Assembly (NCBI GenBank): GCA_020137815.1
Contig: CM035359.1
Span: forward strand, 8,029,267-8,093,266
Source of the DNA: Hormiphora californensis
Taxonomy: Eukaryota; Animalia; Ctenophora
Direction of reading: 5' to 3'
Length of the DNA: 64,000 nucleotides
Under the pieces are notes generated by a model. It worked only from the letters and a program-made list of their open reading frames with translations. It made no database searches and was not told where the DNA came from. Both the position numbers and the translations under genes were made by a program. Below, one piece after another: positions 49,672 through 62,600 of this stretch. Position 1 is the stretch's first letter, and each line of letters starts with the position of its first letter.

Positions 49672-50897
49672 ACAATTAAAGATATATACACAATGGTATT
49701 TACAATGGCAATTCACAATTTTATATTATTAAAAGCATAGGTAAAATCCTCAACATTTTAATCTTTCATTGTCCTGCTGTTTCTTGACCCACGTATACAT
49801 AAAAGGCTCAATTTTAAAATGATAAAGGAGAGTCTCACTCTTCAAAAGCTAATAACGTCATTAAAATTCTCATTCTTCTTATTACAAATCTTGTTACATA
49901 AAAGTTTTAAAAAAGTCTTGCATTCAGGTCCATAGCCTCCTGTTATTGAAAAAATTAAAGGGGTAAAAGTGCCTCTTTCGACATTTAAAATTCTCTCATT
50001 ATATTTACACCTTTTCTTAGATTCAAGATACAGTCGGACCCCGATTTAGGGACACCCTCGGGGGAAAGGGTCTTGTCCACTAAATCGGGGTGTCCTCTAA
50101 ATCGGGGTGAGCCATATTTGACCCAAAAAAACTATTTTATTGCCTAAAATGCTATATTATTAAGACTAAAGACACCTCTAACTGTTATATGCAATATTCA
50201 TGTATTGATGACATGATCATTTCTGATTAGAAAAAGAAAAATATAAAATAATTCTTTTTCAAAAAAAGTGGAAAATTTTATACCAGCCCGTCCAGTTTGT
50301 ATTATATTTCGAATCTGTGCAAAGTATACTGGATATCCTGTCTAATTAGCGGGTTCAAAACGAACCGATACGTGATACCATACCGAATCGGGGCACCCTA
50401 AGCGGGTGAGGAAGTATAAAAATTTCAGAATAACTTTTTCTCTCAAAATTTATGGGGAGCACCGATCAAAGCATTGACAATCGTACTGTAAAATTTTGCA
50501 AAAAAGTTATAAATTTTTTAAAGGTATACCAGCCACGTCCGAATCGTGTTTCGAATCGGTGCATCTTATCGCATGTCCTGCTGCTAATTAGACGGAACGA
50601 ATCGAAACGTGATCCCCATCGAATCGAAATTTTGACGCTTGGACCTTGGTGAACTTGTGATTCAATGGGCACCATGGGGATCACGTGTCGGTGCGTTCCG
50701 AACCGTCTAATTAGCAGAAGGACATGCGATAAGATGCACCGATTCGAAACACGATTCGGTGATGGCTGGAATCTTTTTGAAAATTTTCACACAAAAAAAT
50801 CAAAAATTTTTGGGGGAAAAAAATCCTGTCCCTAAATCGGGGTGTCCCTAAATCGGGGGTCCCTAAATCGGGGTCCGACTGTATGTAAAAACCTTCT
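49672..50897 (-). mobile_element. 5'-truncated RLE-type (CRE-like) non-LTR retrotransposon, interrupted by a MITE
   Basis: - strand translation across the MITE: EGFTYLESKKRCKYNERILNVERGTFTPLIFSITGGYGPECKTFLKLLCNKIC...RVRLSFIILKLSLLCIRGSR (one stop), the C-terminal restriction-like endonuclease pattern; 14-bp TSD TCAGTGTAATAAAA (49658-49671, 50898-50911). Confidence 0.8.
50031..50881. mobile_element. pogo/Tc1-like MITE (same family as 23733)
   Basis: TA-CAGTCGGACCCCGATTTAG...CTAAATCGGGGTCCGACTG-TA. Confidence 0.9.
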
Positions 50898-50980
50898 TCA
50901 GTGTAATAAAATAGGGAAACAAAATTATCCGAGTAAGTATGCTCCTTCATAAACTCCTTCACAATAAGAACTTTTTCTTG

Positions 50981-51521
50981 TGTATGAACAACCTAGAGAG
51001 GATAATAAAAGGGCACAACAGAAAACTACTCCACAAGCATGTACGAGCGGAAGTCAAAGACACACGGACGTGTAACTGCCTGGATAGAGAATCCTGCCCA
51101 TTGAAGGGTAAGTGTCTTCAACAGGGAGTAGTATATCTGGCAAAGCTGAAGTCTGATGCAGATGAATATCACTACGTCGGTATGACAGCTGCAACCTTCA
51201 AAAAACGATACTACGGTCACACTTCATCATTCCGGCATGAGGAACACGGCAAGGACACCAAGCTGTCCGAAAAGATCTGGGATCTGAAAGTTTCACGAAC
51301 TTCCTTCACGTTTCAGTGAAACGTGAAGGAAGTTCGTGGGATATCGAGTGGGAGATCCTGAGGAGAGGAAGACCTTACACTGTGGGCCAGTCAACATTAC
51401 ATGCGACCTCTGTACATCGGAAAAGCTAGAGATTGTACGAAAATCGAGGGACCAGCGGCTGTTAAATTCTAGAACAGAGATCCTCTCAAAATGCCGACAC
51501 AAGAAAAAGTTCTTACTGTGA
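50981..51521 (+). pseudogene. 5'-truncated Penelope-like element 2 (GIY-YIG fragment)
   Basis: CMNNL...CNC..RESCPL.GKCL..GVVY...YVGM...FKKRYYGH...CDLC..EK...LLNSRTEILSKCRHKKK; preceded by an inverted copy of its own 3' end (50898-50983 and 49559-49671), a typical PLE structure. Confidence 0.9.
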
Positions 51522-51573
51522 AGGAGTTTATGAAGGAGCATACTTACTCGGATAATTTTGTTTTTCTATGTTA

Positions 51574-51614
51574 TTACACTGATGAGATCGCAAGAACGAA
51601 ACATTTGTTTGTAA
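51574..51614 (+). ncRNA. Minimal hammerhead ribozyme in the PLE 2 pLTR
   Basis: ttaca-CTGATGA-gatc gcaa gaac-GAAA-cattt g-TT-tgtaa; one stem II mismatch relative to the 49626 copy. Confidence 0.85.
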
Positions 51615-51974
51615 ACCAACGTGTTTCTATTTGTTGTGATATAGAGTTTAGACTTATTTGGACTCTTTATTTAAATCTAAATTTAGATATAGAGTCCACT
51701 GTAGACTTCTTTTTTCCTTGCTCCTATTACCTACCCCAAACCAAAGTCCAGAATGTCCTGCTAAATATCATGGTATGTTGAAACTGGTTTATAATTATAA
51801 AATACCGATCCAATCATTATTATAATGAGATCTGATCAGAATTTAATCCTGATAATTTAACATTATGACCCTTCCCACCCGAATCTGCCCGCTTGTATGT
51901 TTTTTTCCCTTCACTGTTGTTACGTAGGGTGGCGTGTTTGTTTGTGGAAAAGATGATGTGAGAATGCAGCGAGC

Positions 51975-52567
51975 CGAAGTGGGTGGGTGTTTTCATGGTG
52001 ACAATGGTGACAGATGTAAATGTGGCTCATCTTTGACCATTTAGGGTATGTTCCACCATCACCATTTTGATCACCATTTTCCCCATTGTTTCCATTTGTC
52101 TTGTCCACCATTTTTCTCCATTGTCACCATTTTTGACGAAATTGCGGATTTTGGCAGAATTTTCTTTAAAATTGTAATAAAATTTATTAATTGCCTAGAC
52201 CGCGACCTACTATTGGTTCATAAGTTGTTAACATGGCCGATTCCGGATCGCTATATTGTTTGGACGCTAAAACTTCCCCAAATGTCACGTAGATGTGTAC
52301 CTCCGTCGCACCAACACATCAACAGCGCATTTATCCACCTGTGCCCCTTAATTACATCCATGGACTTGAAACTTGGTAAAGTGTCCCCCCAGTTGTCCAT
52401 AACATCATATTATGTCCCGATAACATCAACATGATCATCCTGTAGACAAGCTCCAGAGAGAATGGTGAAAATGTGACTCACTCTAAATTTTGTTCATGTC
52501 ACACATCACCATTTGTCACCAAAGTCACCACCATTTGTCACCATTTGTCACCATGATTACCCCCCCG
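51975..52567. mobile_element. TIR element with gtcacca subterminal repeats, inserted in a degenerate 332-bp-family unit
   Basis: gggtg..tttcatggtgacaatggtgac / tgtcaccatgattaccccc; flanks 51810-51970 and 52570-52600 resemble 47270-47455. Confidence 0.55.
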
Positions 52568-54235
52568 AGCGAAGATATTATAATCTATCTTGTTTCCTGA
52601 TAATAACTATCTGTAATAGTTTGTATTGATCCTATAAGTGAATGATGGAACTCGGGATACAATATGTCTTGTAATTTGTATGGCTATGCCTTATTTGTTT
52701 TAGTTCGATCTAGATCAAATCTTGTACAGCCCTTTGAAACACCCCTCCCCCCTCCCCAGGTCGATTAGAGGACGAACAGTGGCAACCCCTGGTAGGGGGG
52801 GGGGAGGGGTATGAACTTAGAACTGTGTACTGGAGCTGTCTACAAGAATGGAGCGGCCAGAACTGCCCCATACATCACTATCTCCACAAAATGGTGTGTT
52901 ATCACTTCCATATGACATATTCAATCCTTTATTCTCTAATCTCTCTCTATCTCTCTCTATCTCTCTCTTTCTCTCTCTTTCTCCATCTTTTCTCTTCTCG
53001 TCCTCTCTTCTCTCTCTCTCCTCTCTCTTCTCTCGCTCACTCTCTCTCTCACGTCTCTCTCTTCTCTCTCTCGTCTCTCGAATCTCTCTCTCTCTCTCTC
53101 TCTCACATCTCGGCTTCTCTCTCCTCCTCTTCGCATCCTCTCGTCCTTTCATCTCCCCTCCCCCTCCTCCTAGATACCGAGTGTGCAATGTTACGACAGG
53201 ATCGACTTCAAACCGATGTGAGGGATCTGCCATTGATTTCCAAGGGTCTGCCATTTACCACCAGTGTAACTGTTAAACCAAGGACCTTAATGAAAGGAAC
53301 AATGAAATTATCGAGGACGTACCTTGTGACAGACAATTTTCTTGCTTTGTTGAAAACAGAGAGAGAGAGAGAGAGAATGTAGAGGTGAAGACGTGAAACA
53401 CAGTGTGTTTTCTCTAAAGCTGTCGTCAATTTTATCTTATCTAGTACCATTATATTAATCGTTGTTTATCTTGTTAAGTGTGTGTTATAAGATTTTGACA
53501 TTCATTTTTCCAAAATATGTCTCCGCCATTTCATATCTCTGGTGCACATCAAACATATATCAGGGACAGAAGGTGGTGAAGGCATCTTCCCTACAACATC
53601 ATTCTCTGAATAATCTCTCCCTTTGTCTCTCAGTTTGATGTGCACTTGAGCTGGTTTATGTTCACACCTGCACCCACTCTGAATCATATGTCTTCCAAAC
53701 ATTAACACTTCATTTTCCCAGCATTTCATTGTTGTTACTCATCCCAAATGTTCAAGCCACCTGCTCCAACTCCATGTTCTGATCTTCATCACCAGGTCAT
53801 CTATTGATGTCAGTCAATAGTCCGGTAAACTACACTTTAGTTGTTTCCTTTCAGACTCATTTCAGACTGGGGAGAGATGTAGTTAGGTGATGGATGGGAG
53901 CGGGTTTTATGTAGCTTCCAATTCGAAGGAGAGGCAGTATGTTATGTAACGCGCGGTGACCTCGCTGTGGCAAAAAGCAAACAGGATTGGGCGCCTTCTC
54001 TCGCGCGCAAACTCGTGTACGGCGCGCTGGGACCAAGCCGGAAAAGTGGATTTTCCCACGGTTTAAAGGTGCTCTCAGAGCTTTATCTTAACTTATTTAG
54101 TCAATTTTTTTTCACTAAATGTCCATTAGATAGGTTCCCAACGCTTCTTAAAAATCAGGAGCTCATAGAAACGTCATCTTCACTGATTTCTGAAAGAAAA
54201 CTTTTTTCAGGGACACTCTCGGGCAAAATACCCCT

Positions 54236-55467
54236 TCTTAAAAGGTAAGCGGTAAATACTCACTCGGTTCTTCACATTTTTTGGACGTTTTTTGGCGCAA
54301 ACTCAGCCATGTTTCTTGACCAATTTGCAAAATCTTGGGCTCATTGGAAAGAAGACATAAGAGCTTTCCAATGAGCCCTAGAAAAGGAAAATCGGCCGCA
54401 AAATGCGCGGCGCTAATGGCGAAAACGCGCATTTTACGCCATAACGTACCCGCGCATTTTGCGCCGATTTTCATTTTCTAGGGCTCATTTTAAAGGTCTT
54501 AATGTCCTCTTTCCAATGCCCAAGATTTTGCCAATTGGTCAGAATGGCTGAGTTTAATGGCCAAAAACGTCCAAAAATGTGAAGAACCGAGTGAGTATTC
54601 TGCTCACTGGGTGCTCACTGGGTGCTCCCCCTCTCCTTCCTCACCTCCATCTCTGGCCCTCCTTCACCGTTTCCAGCCCTCACCACCCTTTTTCCTGTCC
54701 GTGGTTTCCATCTACTTCCTCTCTCTGAGTTGCATCTCTCCGTCAGTCCCCTGTCCCCCAGCAGCCGCTCCACCGACACTCCGCTTCCTTCTCGTCGTCT
54801 CCACCGCTGGTCTGGACTCCTCCATCTCCCTCCTCGTTCCAGCCCCCCACCCCTTTTTTGATCCGGATCATCGTCTCGCCTCTTGCTCTTCTGTACTTCT
54901 CACCTTTTCCATTCCTCACCTCTGCCCTCCTTCATCTCACCCTTTTCTCCAGCCTCGCTGCCCTTTCCCAGGAACCCATCCCTAGCTGCTCTCAGTGCTC
55001 TTCGTCAGCCTCAGTCCTCTTTACCTCCGGTCCCCCGCCTCCCGCACGTTGTCTTACTTAACTACTCTATTCCCTGCTTTCCTTTCCCCCTGTTTAGTGC
55101 GTCCCTCTCCACATCACTGCTGTTCACCTCTCTCTTAGCATCGTGTTTTTTCTCTCTCTCACCCTTCCACCGTCATCCCACTCCCTTAATCACACTGTTC
55201 TCTTCTCCACTTACCACCAACTCTATCACTAGTGCACCCCCCCCCCCCCCCAATACACAGTACCTTGATCCCTTCTCCCTCCCCCATCTCCCTCCCCACT
55301 TCTCATTTGTCCTCTTTTTTTAACTATATTTATTTTTTGGAGTGTGTTTTTAATTATTAATTAAATTATTATTGTTTTTCATGGGTCGGGTAACAACCGA
55401 CCTGAATCATTTTTAAAACTTGTCTAAAAAACTTGTCTAAAGTATTTACCGCTTACCTTCTTAAAAG
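54236..55467. repeat. Foldback element interrupted by pyrimidine-rich low-complexity sequence
   Basis: 54256-54420 mirrors 54455-54599; the outer end (agtatttaccgcttacc) resumes at 55441. Confidence 0.6.
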
Positions 55468-55496
55468 TGTTCCTTTAGTTAGGGGACAAAGGCTCA

Positions 55497-58038
55497 TGAA
55501 TGGGGAAAAATTTGCAACAAGCTAATTCCTTCACTAATGTGTTCCTAAGGGTCTCCACTAAGCCCCCAGAAAGTGTAACGCGTGTGCGGGTGCAGCATGG
55601 TCATTTCCGGTTTGGGCGTGGCTGCGCATGGTGAAGATTGACACTTTCTTTCCCTTTGGGTTATAGTAAAATGAGGACATTAAAATGTGCAGATCGACGG
55701 GTTAGTGGGGGTAAACATGTCAAAATTAAAATTTCATGATTATTTTAATGAGATATTGCATAATTAGCATATTGTGCTCACGCAAGGTAATTTGATGGTT
55801 AATGGGGTAGGATGGGTTTGGGCCCGGAAAAAGATCTACCCGACCGAAAACATCGTGTTAGTGGGGGTAGAGCATGTCAGATTTTGTAATTAAACCATTT
55901 TCTTTATGAGATAATTGCATAATTAGTAGACTATTATCGAAAAATTTAAAAATTGGAACTTTGGATCCAGAAAAAGATCTACCCCCGACCAAAAAAAGCG
56001 TGTTTAGTGGGGTAAGCATTCAAATTACCCTCAAACCATTTTGCTAATGATATGGCCCTCCCAATACCCCTCATACCCTACTAGATACCTCTATGACCTC
56101 CCAGAACAACCCTCCATATACTATCTAATATCCTATCTAATATCTCTCTGACCCTCAGACCCTACCTGATACCTCTCTGACCATCCCAGATACCCCTCAG
56201 ACCCTACCTGATACCCCTCTGACCATCCCAGATACCCCTCAGACCCTACCTGATACCCCTCTGATCCTCCCAGATACCCCTCAGACCCTACCTGATACCT
56301 CTCTGATCTTCCCAGATACCTATCAGATCCACCCAGATACCCCCTAAGCCTCTCAGATAGCCCTTAGACCGTGCTAGATATCCCGCAGACCCTATCTGAT
56401 ACCCCTCTGACCGTCCTAGATAGTTTCTGAGACCGGCCTAAATACCCCTAACCATACCTGATACTTCTCTGATCCTCCCAGGTACTCCTCAGACCACCTG
56501 ATACCCCTCTGACCCTCTCAAATACTCCCTCAGACCCTACCTGATACCCCCTGACCCTCTCAATACTCCTCAGACCCTACCTGATACCTCTCTGCTCTGA
56601 CCATCCCAGATACCCTCAGACCCTCCAAGATAGCCCTAAGCCGTGCTAGGTACCTCATCAGACCCTCCAAGATAGCCCTTAGACCGTGCTAGGTACCTCT
56701 CAAACCCTCCAAGATACCCTTAGACGTGTTAGGTACCGCTCAGACACTGAGATGCCTCTCTGACCCTTCCATATACCCTCGAAACCCTGCTAGGTACCCC
56801 TCTGACCCTCCAAGATAGCCCTTAACCGTGCTAAATACCTCTGATGCAGAAGGGTCTGAGTGTTTTTCTAGCATGCTTTGAGAGGTATTTAGCACGAAGT
56901 TAAACCCTTGTGGCCGTCCTAGATACCCGCGTTGGGCACGGTGTGAGGGTATATTCAGGTGGGGTCAATGACTATCTAGTTGGATCTTAGTGGGTATTAG
57001 TTAGAGTCTTAGGGGATATAATAGGGTCTTAGGGGTATATGGGATGGTCAGAGGGGTGCTAGCACGGTCTCAGGGCTATCTACACGTCAGAGGGGTATCA
57101 GGTAGGGTCTGCGGATATCTAGCACGATCTAAGGGCTATCTGGGAGGATCTGATAGGATCTGGGAAGATCAGAGACTAGAGAGGTATCAGGTAGGGTCTG
57201 AAGGGGTTCTGGGAGGATCAGAGAGGTATCAGGTAGGGTGAGGGGTACTGGAAGATCAGAGAGTATCCAGGCCAGGTAGGTCTGAGGGGTATCTGGATGG
57301 TCATAGGGGTATCAGGTAGGGTCTGAGGGGTATCTGGATGGTCAGAGGGGTATCATTATGGTCTGAAGGGGTATCTGGAGGATCAGAAGGGTATCAGGTA
57401 GGGTCTGAGGGGTGTCTGGGAGGGTCATAGAGTATCTAGTAGGGTCTGAGGGTATCTGGGAGGGCCATATCATTAGCAAATGGTTTGAGGGTAATTTTGC
57501 ATGCTCTAAATAACCCCCACTAACAACGCTGTTTTTGGTCGGGTAGATCTTTTTCCGGTCCAAGTTCCAATTTTTAAATTCTTTTAGATAATTAGTCTAC
57601 TAATTATGCAATTAATCTCATAAGAAATGGTTTAATTACAAATCTGACATGCTCTTAACCAACTAACACTACGATGTTTTCGGTCGGAGTAGATCTTTTT
57701 CCGGGCCCAAACCCATCCTACCCCATAAACCATCAAATTTACCTTGCGTGAGCACTAATTATGCTAATTATGCAATTATCTCAATAAATAATCATGAATT
57801 TTATTTTGACATGTTCTAACCCCCACTAACCCGTCGATTCTGCACATTTTAATGTCCTCATTTTACTACTTAACCCAAAGGGAAAGAAATGTCAATCTTC
57901 ACCATGCGCAGCCACGCCCAACCGGAAATGACCATGTTGCACCCCGCACACCGCGTTACACTTTTCTGGGGGCTTAGTGGAGACCCTTAGGAACACATTA
58001 GTGAAGGAATTAGCTTGTTGCAAATTTTTTCCCATTCA
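55497..58038. mobile_element. 2.5-kb foldback element with an internal ~34-bp minisatellite in both orientations
   Basis: 55497-56060 mirrors 57460-58038; cagaccctacctgatacccctctgaccatcccagatac-type units on + then - strand. Confidence 0.75.
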
Positions 58039-58439
58039 GGGCCTAAATCCGCCTTTAATCCCCTTACTACTTGTTAAAAATGAGGAAGATTGGTAAAAAG
58101 ATGGACGAAATTGGATAAAAAATGAAGGAGCTACGATTTTTACAAAAATGTGATATCGATTCTGTCACCCTTACAACAAGCTTCGCGAGCTTCGTTTTCG
58201 CGCGCTACGCTCCAGTTACAAAATTTGAAACTGACATCAGTTTCAAATTTTGTAACTGGTCCAGTTGCAGAATTGAAACTGACATCAGTTTCAAATTGTG
58301 TAGCTGGTCCATTTGCGGAGTTGAAACTGACATCAGTTTCAAATTTTGTAACTGGTCCCCTACGCGCGCGAGTTGTAAGGGTGACTGCGTCACCAAAAGG
58401 ACTGGAAGACCAGTGAAGTGGCAGGAAGAACAGGGAATA

Positions 58440-58720
58440 ACAGTGAGAACGTGAAGGACAGGGAAGAACAGGAGGACGGCAATGATAGGAAGGACAGGGA
58501 AGGATAGAGAAGGACAGGAAGGACAGTGACGGGCAGGGAAGGCATAGGGAGGACAGTAAGGACAGGAATGGTCAGGAAGGACAGCGAAGGACAGGGAAGG
58601 ATAGGGAAGGACAAGGAAGGATAGGGAAGGACAGGGAAGGAATGGGAAGGACTGTGAAGGACATGGAAGAACAGGGAAGACAGAGAAGAACTGGTAAACA
58701 TGCGAATACAGGACGGCGAA
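58440..58720 (+). repeat. Purine-rich ~10-bp satellite (GACAGGGAAG)
   Basis: Visible degenerate tandem units. Confidence 0.8.
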
Positions 58721-59984
58721 AGATTGGGAAGCCAGTGATGCCTGTACACTCGTGTGCCTATTTGTTTCCAAATGCCTAATTTAAATTTCAAAATTTCACT
58801 TGTATCGGGTTAAATGAGCTCCTACGATCATTCTAAACATTTTATCACAAAGTTTTGCTCTACCATGGCCCAATTACGTTGGCACGAGTATCCCATATAT
58901 GGGCATATTCATTTCAAAAGTCTGTTTTAGGGCGTGATTTCGAACAAAACACACATATAAATCGTCCTCGTGACACTTATACAACTGTTACTTTCAGTTT
59001 GCGTCTTTCAGATATCCACTTTATGAAACAAAAATAAAATTTTTCTCTCTTTTTTTTCTTGCTAATTTTACCAACTTGTCAGAATCGTGGGACGAATTTA
59101 ATTTTTTTTAGTTTTTTCTGGTGGAAAAGCAAATTTCGGTTGTAATCGACTAATTTTGGCCTGGCAGACACGATCCCGTTCATGAAAAAGCTCTCAAAAT
59201 TTAAGACATGTCCAAAATGAAGATTTTTTGTCAAAAATGAACATTGTTTTAGGTCAAAAATGAACTTTAGCATCATTTAATGATGCATATCATTTTGTCG
59301 TTTCGAGGTGCTGATCACGATCCTGAACATAAAAAGTTGATATCAAGAACATGTCAAAAATGGTGAAACCACACATATTTTCCCTGTTTTTATACCATTT
59401 TTCGGTTAAAAACTACACTTTTTAAATCGCGATGGCCAACGTAACTGACAAACACTATCTCGATCTGTTTTTGCTGATGTGAATAGAGAATTGTCCATAG
59501 TTTCACATTAGCTAAAATACTGAATGGCCTAGTCGAAAAAAATTTGAAATAGCACACCCTACTGTACACGGGGAACCGTGTGCATATATAATATTTACAC
59601 CGTAGTGCTTGCCAGCACTGCATTGGTTGTGGGATGAATCATGATGTTAAGTATGTAAACCTGAATAACAGCCTCATGTTTGGCCCGCCGAGTTCCCCGA
59701 TGAGACCCGCCGAGTATTTCGACGTATGTCGTAATCGTGAAATGAATGTAACCCGAATACCATACTAACGGCCTCATGTTTGGCCCGCCGAGTTTCCCGC
59801 TGGGACCCGCCCAAGTAATCCAATACCCGCCGAGTATGCCGACGAAAGGAATACTTAAGAAGCTGAATTTTCCATTGAGGGCAGTTCCCACTCCGGACCA
59901 GTTTACAGAGAGGATCTCTACTACAAGCTCCTGAGATGTCCCTGCTCTACTGTTATACTTCCTTTACTGATGATGAGGATCGAT

Positions 59985-60433
59985 TCTTGATGTCTGTGAT
60001 GTCTGTGATGTCCTTTTGATTGTCTTGTGATGTCTTGTGATGTCTTGTGATGTCTTGTGATGTCTTTGGATGTCTTGGATTGTCTTGTGATGTCTTGTGA
60101 TGTCTTTTGTGTCTTGTTGTCTTTTGATGTCTTGTGATGTCTTGTGATGTCTTGTGTTGTCTTGTGTATGTCTGTGATGTCTTGTGATGTCTTTTGATGT
60201 CTTGTGATGTCTTGTGATGTCTTGTATGTCTGTGATTCTTTTGATGTCTAGTGATGTCTTGTGATGTCTTGTGATGTCTTGTGATGTCTTTTGTGTCTTG
60301 TGATGTCTTGTGCCTGTCTTGTGATGTCTTTTGATGTCTTGTGATGTCTTGTGTTGTCTTGTGATGTCTTGTGATGTCTTGCGATGTCTTGTGATGTCTT
60401 TGATGTCTTGTGATGTCTTGTGATGTCTGTGAT
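59985..60433 (+). repeat. 10-bp satellite (GATGTCTTGT)n
   Basis: About 45 units. Confidence 0.95.
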
Positions 60434-60877
60434 GGAAAGCGATAGAAACCTTCACTGAACGTGTCTCATATCGTCTAACACTCCTCCTGATTGGCTTCCC
60501 CGAATCATGTTCCATATCTCGTATCGTCTCACAACCGCTAATAAGCTTCCGCCGAATCACATTCCAGCTTAGTATTCATACTGCCCTAAATTCAGCCTTC
60601 CCTAAAATTCAGACCTGCCCTAAATTCAGACCTTCCCTAATTCAGACTCGACCTGCCCTAAATTCAGACCTGCCCTAAATTCTGTCGAAGTTCTAACTCC
60701 CCTGCCATAATTCTATGAGACAATAAATAACTTTGACCAAAATTTCAGACCTCTAGCTCAAATCCATATTTTGTGATAGGAATGAACTTGTTTTGTTCAA
60801 ACCGGGCGTGGGGAGGGAGGGTCAACAAGTCAAGAATGAACATTGTCATTCATTCCAGAAAAAAAATTTCCGTCCAA

Positions 60878-62600
60878 AACGTGTCCTCAATGTGTCCACA
60901 AGTGTCCTCAGACTGTCTCTCAACCTGTCCACAACCTGTCCACAACGTGTCCTCAACCTTCCTCAACCTGTCCCAAACCTGTCCACAATGTGTTCTCAGA
61001 CGTCCACAATGTGTCCTCAACCGTGTCCACAATGTGTCCCTCAATGTGTCCTCAACCTGTCCTCACACGTCCCACAACCTGTCCACAATGTGTTCTCAGA
61101 CTGTCCACAATGTGGTCCTCAACGTGTCCACAATGTGTCCCAATGTGTCCTCATTGCCTAATGTGCCACGAGAAAAATGGAAGCGTCCAAATCTAATACC
61201 CCAATTTGTCCCAAATGTGTCCTCAATGTGTCGTCAACCTGTCCTCAACCTGTCCCAACGAGTGTTCCTCAACCTGTCCTCAACCTGTCCACAACCTGTC
61301 CACAATGTGTTCACAATTTGTTCTCAGACTGTCCACAATGTGTCTTCAACGTGTCCACAATGTGTCCACAATGTGTCCTCAATGTGTCTTATGTGTCCAG
61401 AGAAAATGGAAGCGTCCAAATCTAATACCCCAAATTTGTCACAATGTGTCCTCAATGTGTCTCAACCTGTCCTCACCTGTCCTCCAACCTGTCCACAACC
61501 TGTCCACAACGTGTCTCACCTGTCCTCAACCTGTCCTCAACCTGTCCACACCTGTCCACAACGTGTCCTCAACCTGTCCTCAACCTGTCCACAACCTGTC
61601 CTTGTCCCGAGAAAATGAAGCTCCAATCTAAATACCCCAAATTGTCAAAATGTGTCCTCAATGTGTCCTCAACCTGTCCTCAACCTTCCACACCGTCCAC
61701 ACACGTGTCCTCAACCTGTCCTCAACCTGTCCACAATGTGTTCACATGTGTTTCTCAGACTGTCCACATGTGTCTTCAACGTGTCCACAATGTGTCCACA
61801 TGGTCCTCAATGTGTCCTTAATGTTCCACGAGAAAAATGGAAGCGTCCAAATCTACTTACCCCAAATTTGTCCTCAATGTGTCCTCAACCTGTCCCTCAA
61901 CCTGTCTCTCAACCTGTCCACAACCTGTCCACAACGTGTCCTCACGTGTCCTCAACTGTCCACAACCTGTCCTCAATGTGTCCACGAGAAAAATGAAGCG
62001 TCCAAATTATAACCCCAAATTTGTCACAAATGTGTCCTCAATGTGTCCTCAACCTGTCCTCAACCTGTCCACACCGGTCCACACGTGTCCTCCAACCTGT
62101 CCTCAACCTGTCCAAACCTGTCCACAATGTGTTCACAATTGTGTTCTCAGAACTGTCCACAATGTGTCCAACAATGTGTCCACAATGTGTCCTCATGTGT
62201 CCTTAATGTGTCCACGAGAAAAATGGAAGCGTCCAAATCTAATACCCCAAATTTGTCCTCAAGTGTCCCTCAACCTGTCCTCCACCTGTCCACAACCTGT
62301 CCACAACGTGTCCTCAACCTGTCCTCAACCTGTCCTCACCTGTCCCTCAACCTGTCCACAACCTGTCCACAACGTGTCCTCAACCTGTCCTCAACCTGTC
62401 CACAACCTGTCCTCAATGTGTCCACAATGTGTCCTCAATGTGTCCACAATGTGTCCTCAACGTGTCATCAACCTGTCCTCATTGTCCTTAATGTGTCCAC
62501 GATTGATGTGCAACCGTTACTCAATGTGTCCACATGTGTCCTCAATGTGTCCTCAACCTGTCCTCAATGTGTCCACATCGTGTCCATAATGTGTCCCCAA
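60878..62600 (+). repeat. 11-bp satellite (AACCTGTCCTC/AATGTGTCCAC) with higher-order punctuation
   Basis: Marker gagaaaaatggaagcgtccaaatctaatacccc recurs near 61170, 61400, 61610, 61830, 61986 and 62216. Confidence 0.9.

Noticed and set aside
51317-51319. In-frame TGA in the PLE 2 endonuclease as possible selenocysteine (known in some Naiad PLEs)
   Set aside because: It arises from a local inverted duplication, is not at a Cys position, and the fragment has other frameshifts.
52817-53880. Possible host exons (MADPWKS..., MKCWENE...)
   Set aside because: No recognisable domain or consistent splice phases; cannot be supported without transcripts.
58220-58360. Palindromic repeats with ~25-bp 'spacers' resembling a CRISPR array
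   Set aside because: Spacers resemble each other and there are only three units inside a TIR element.
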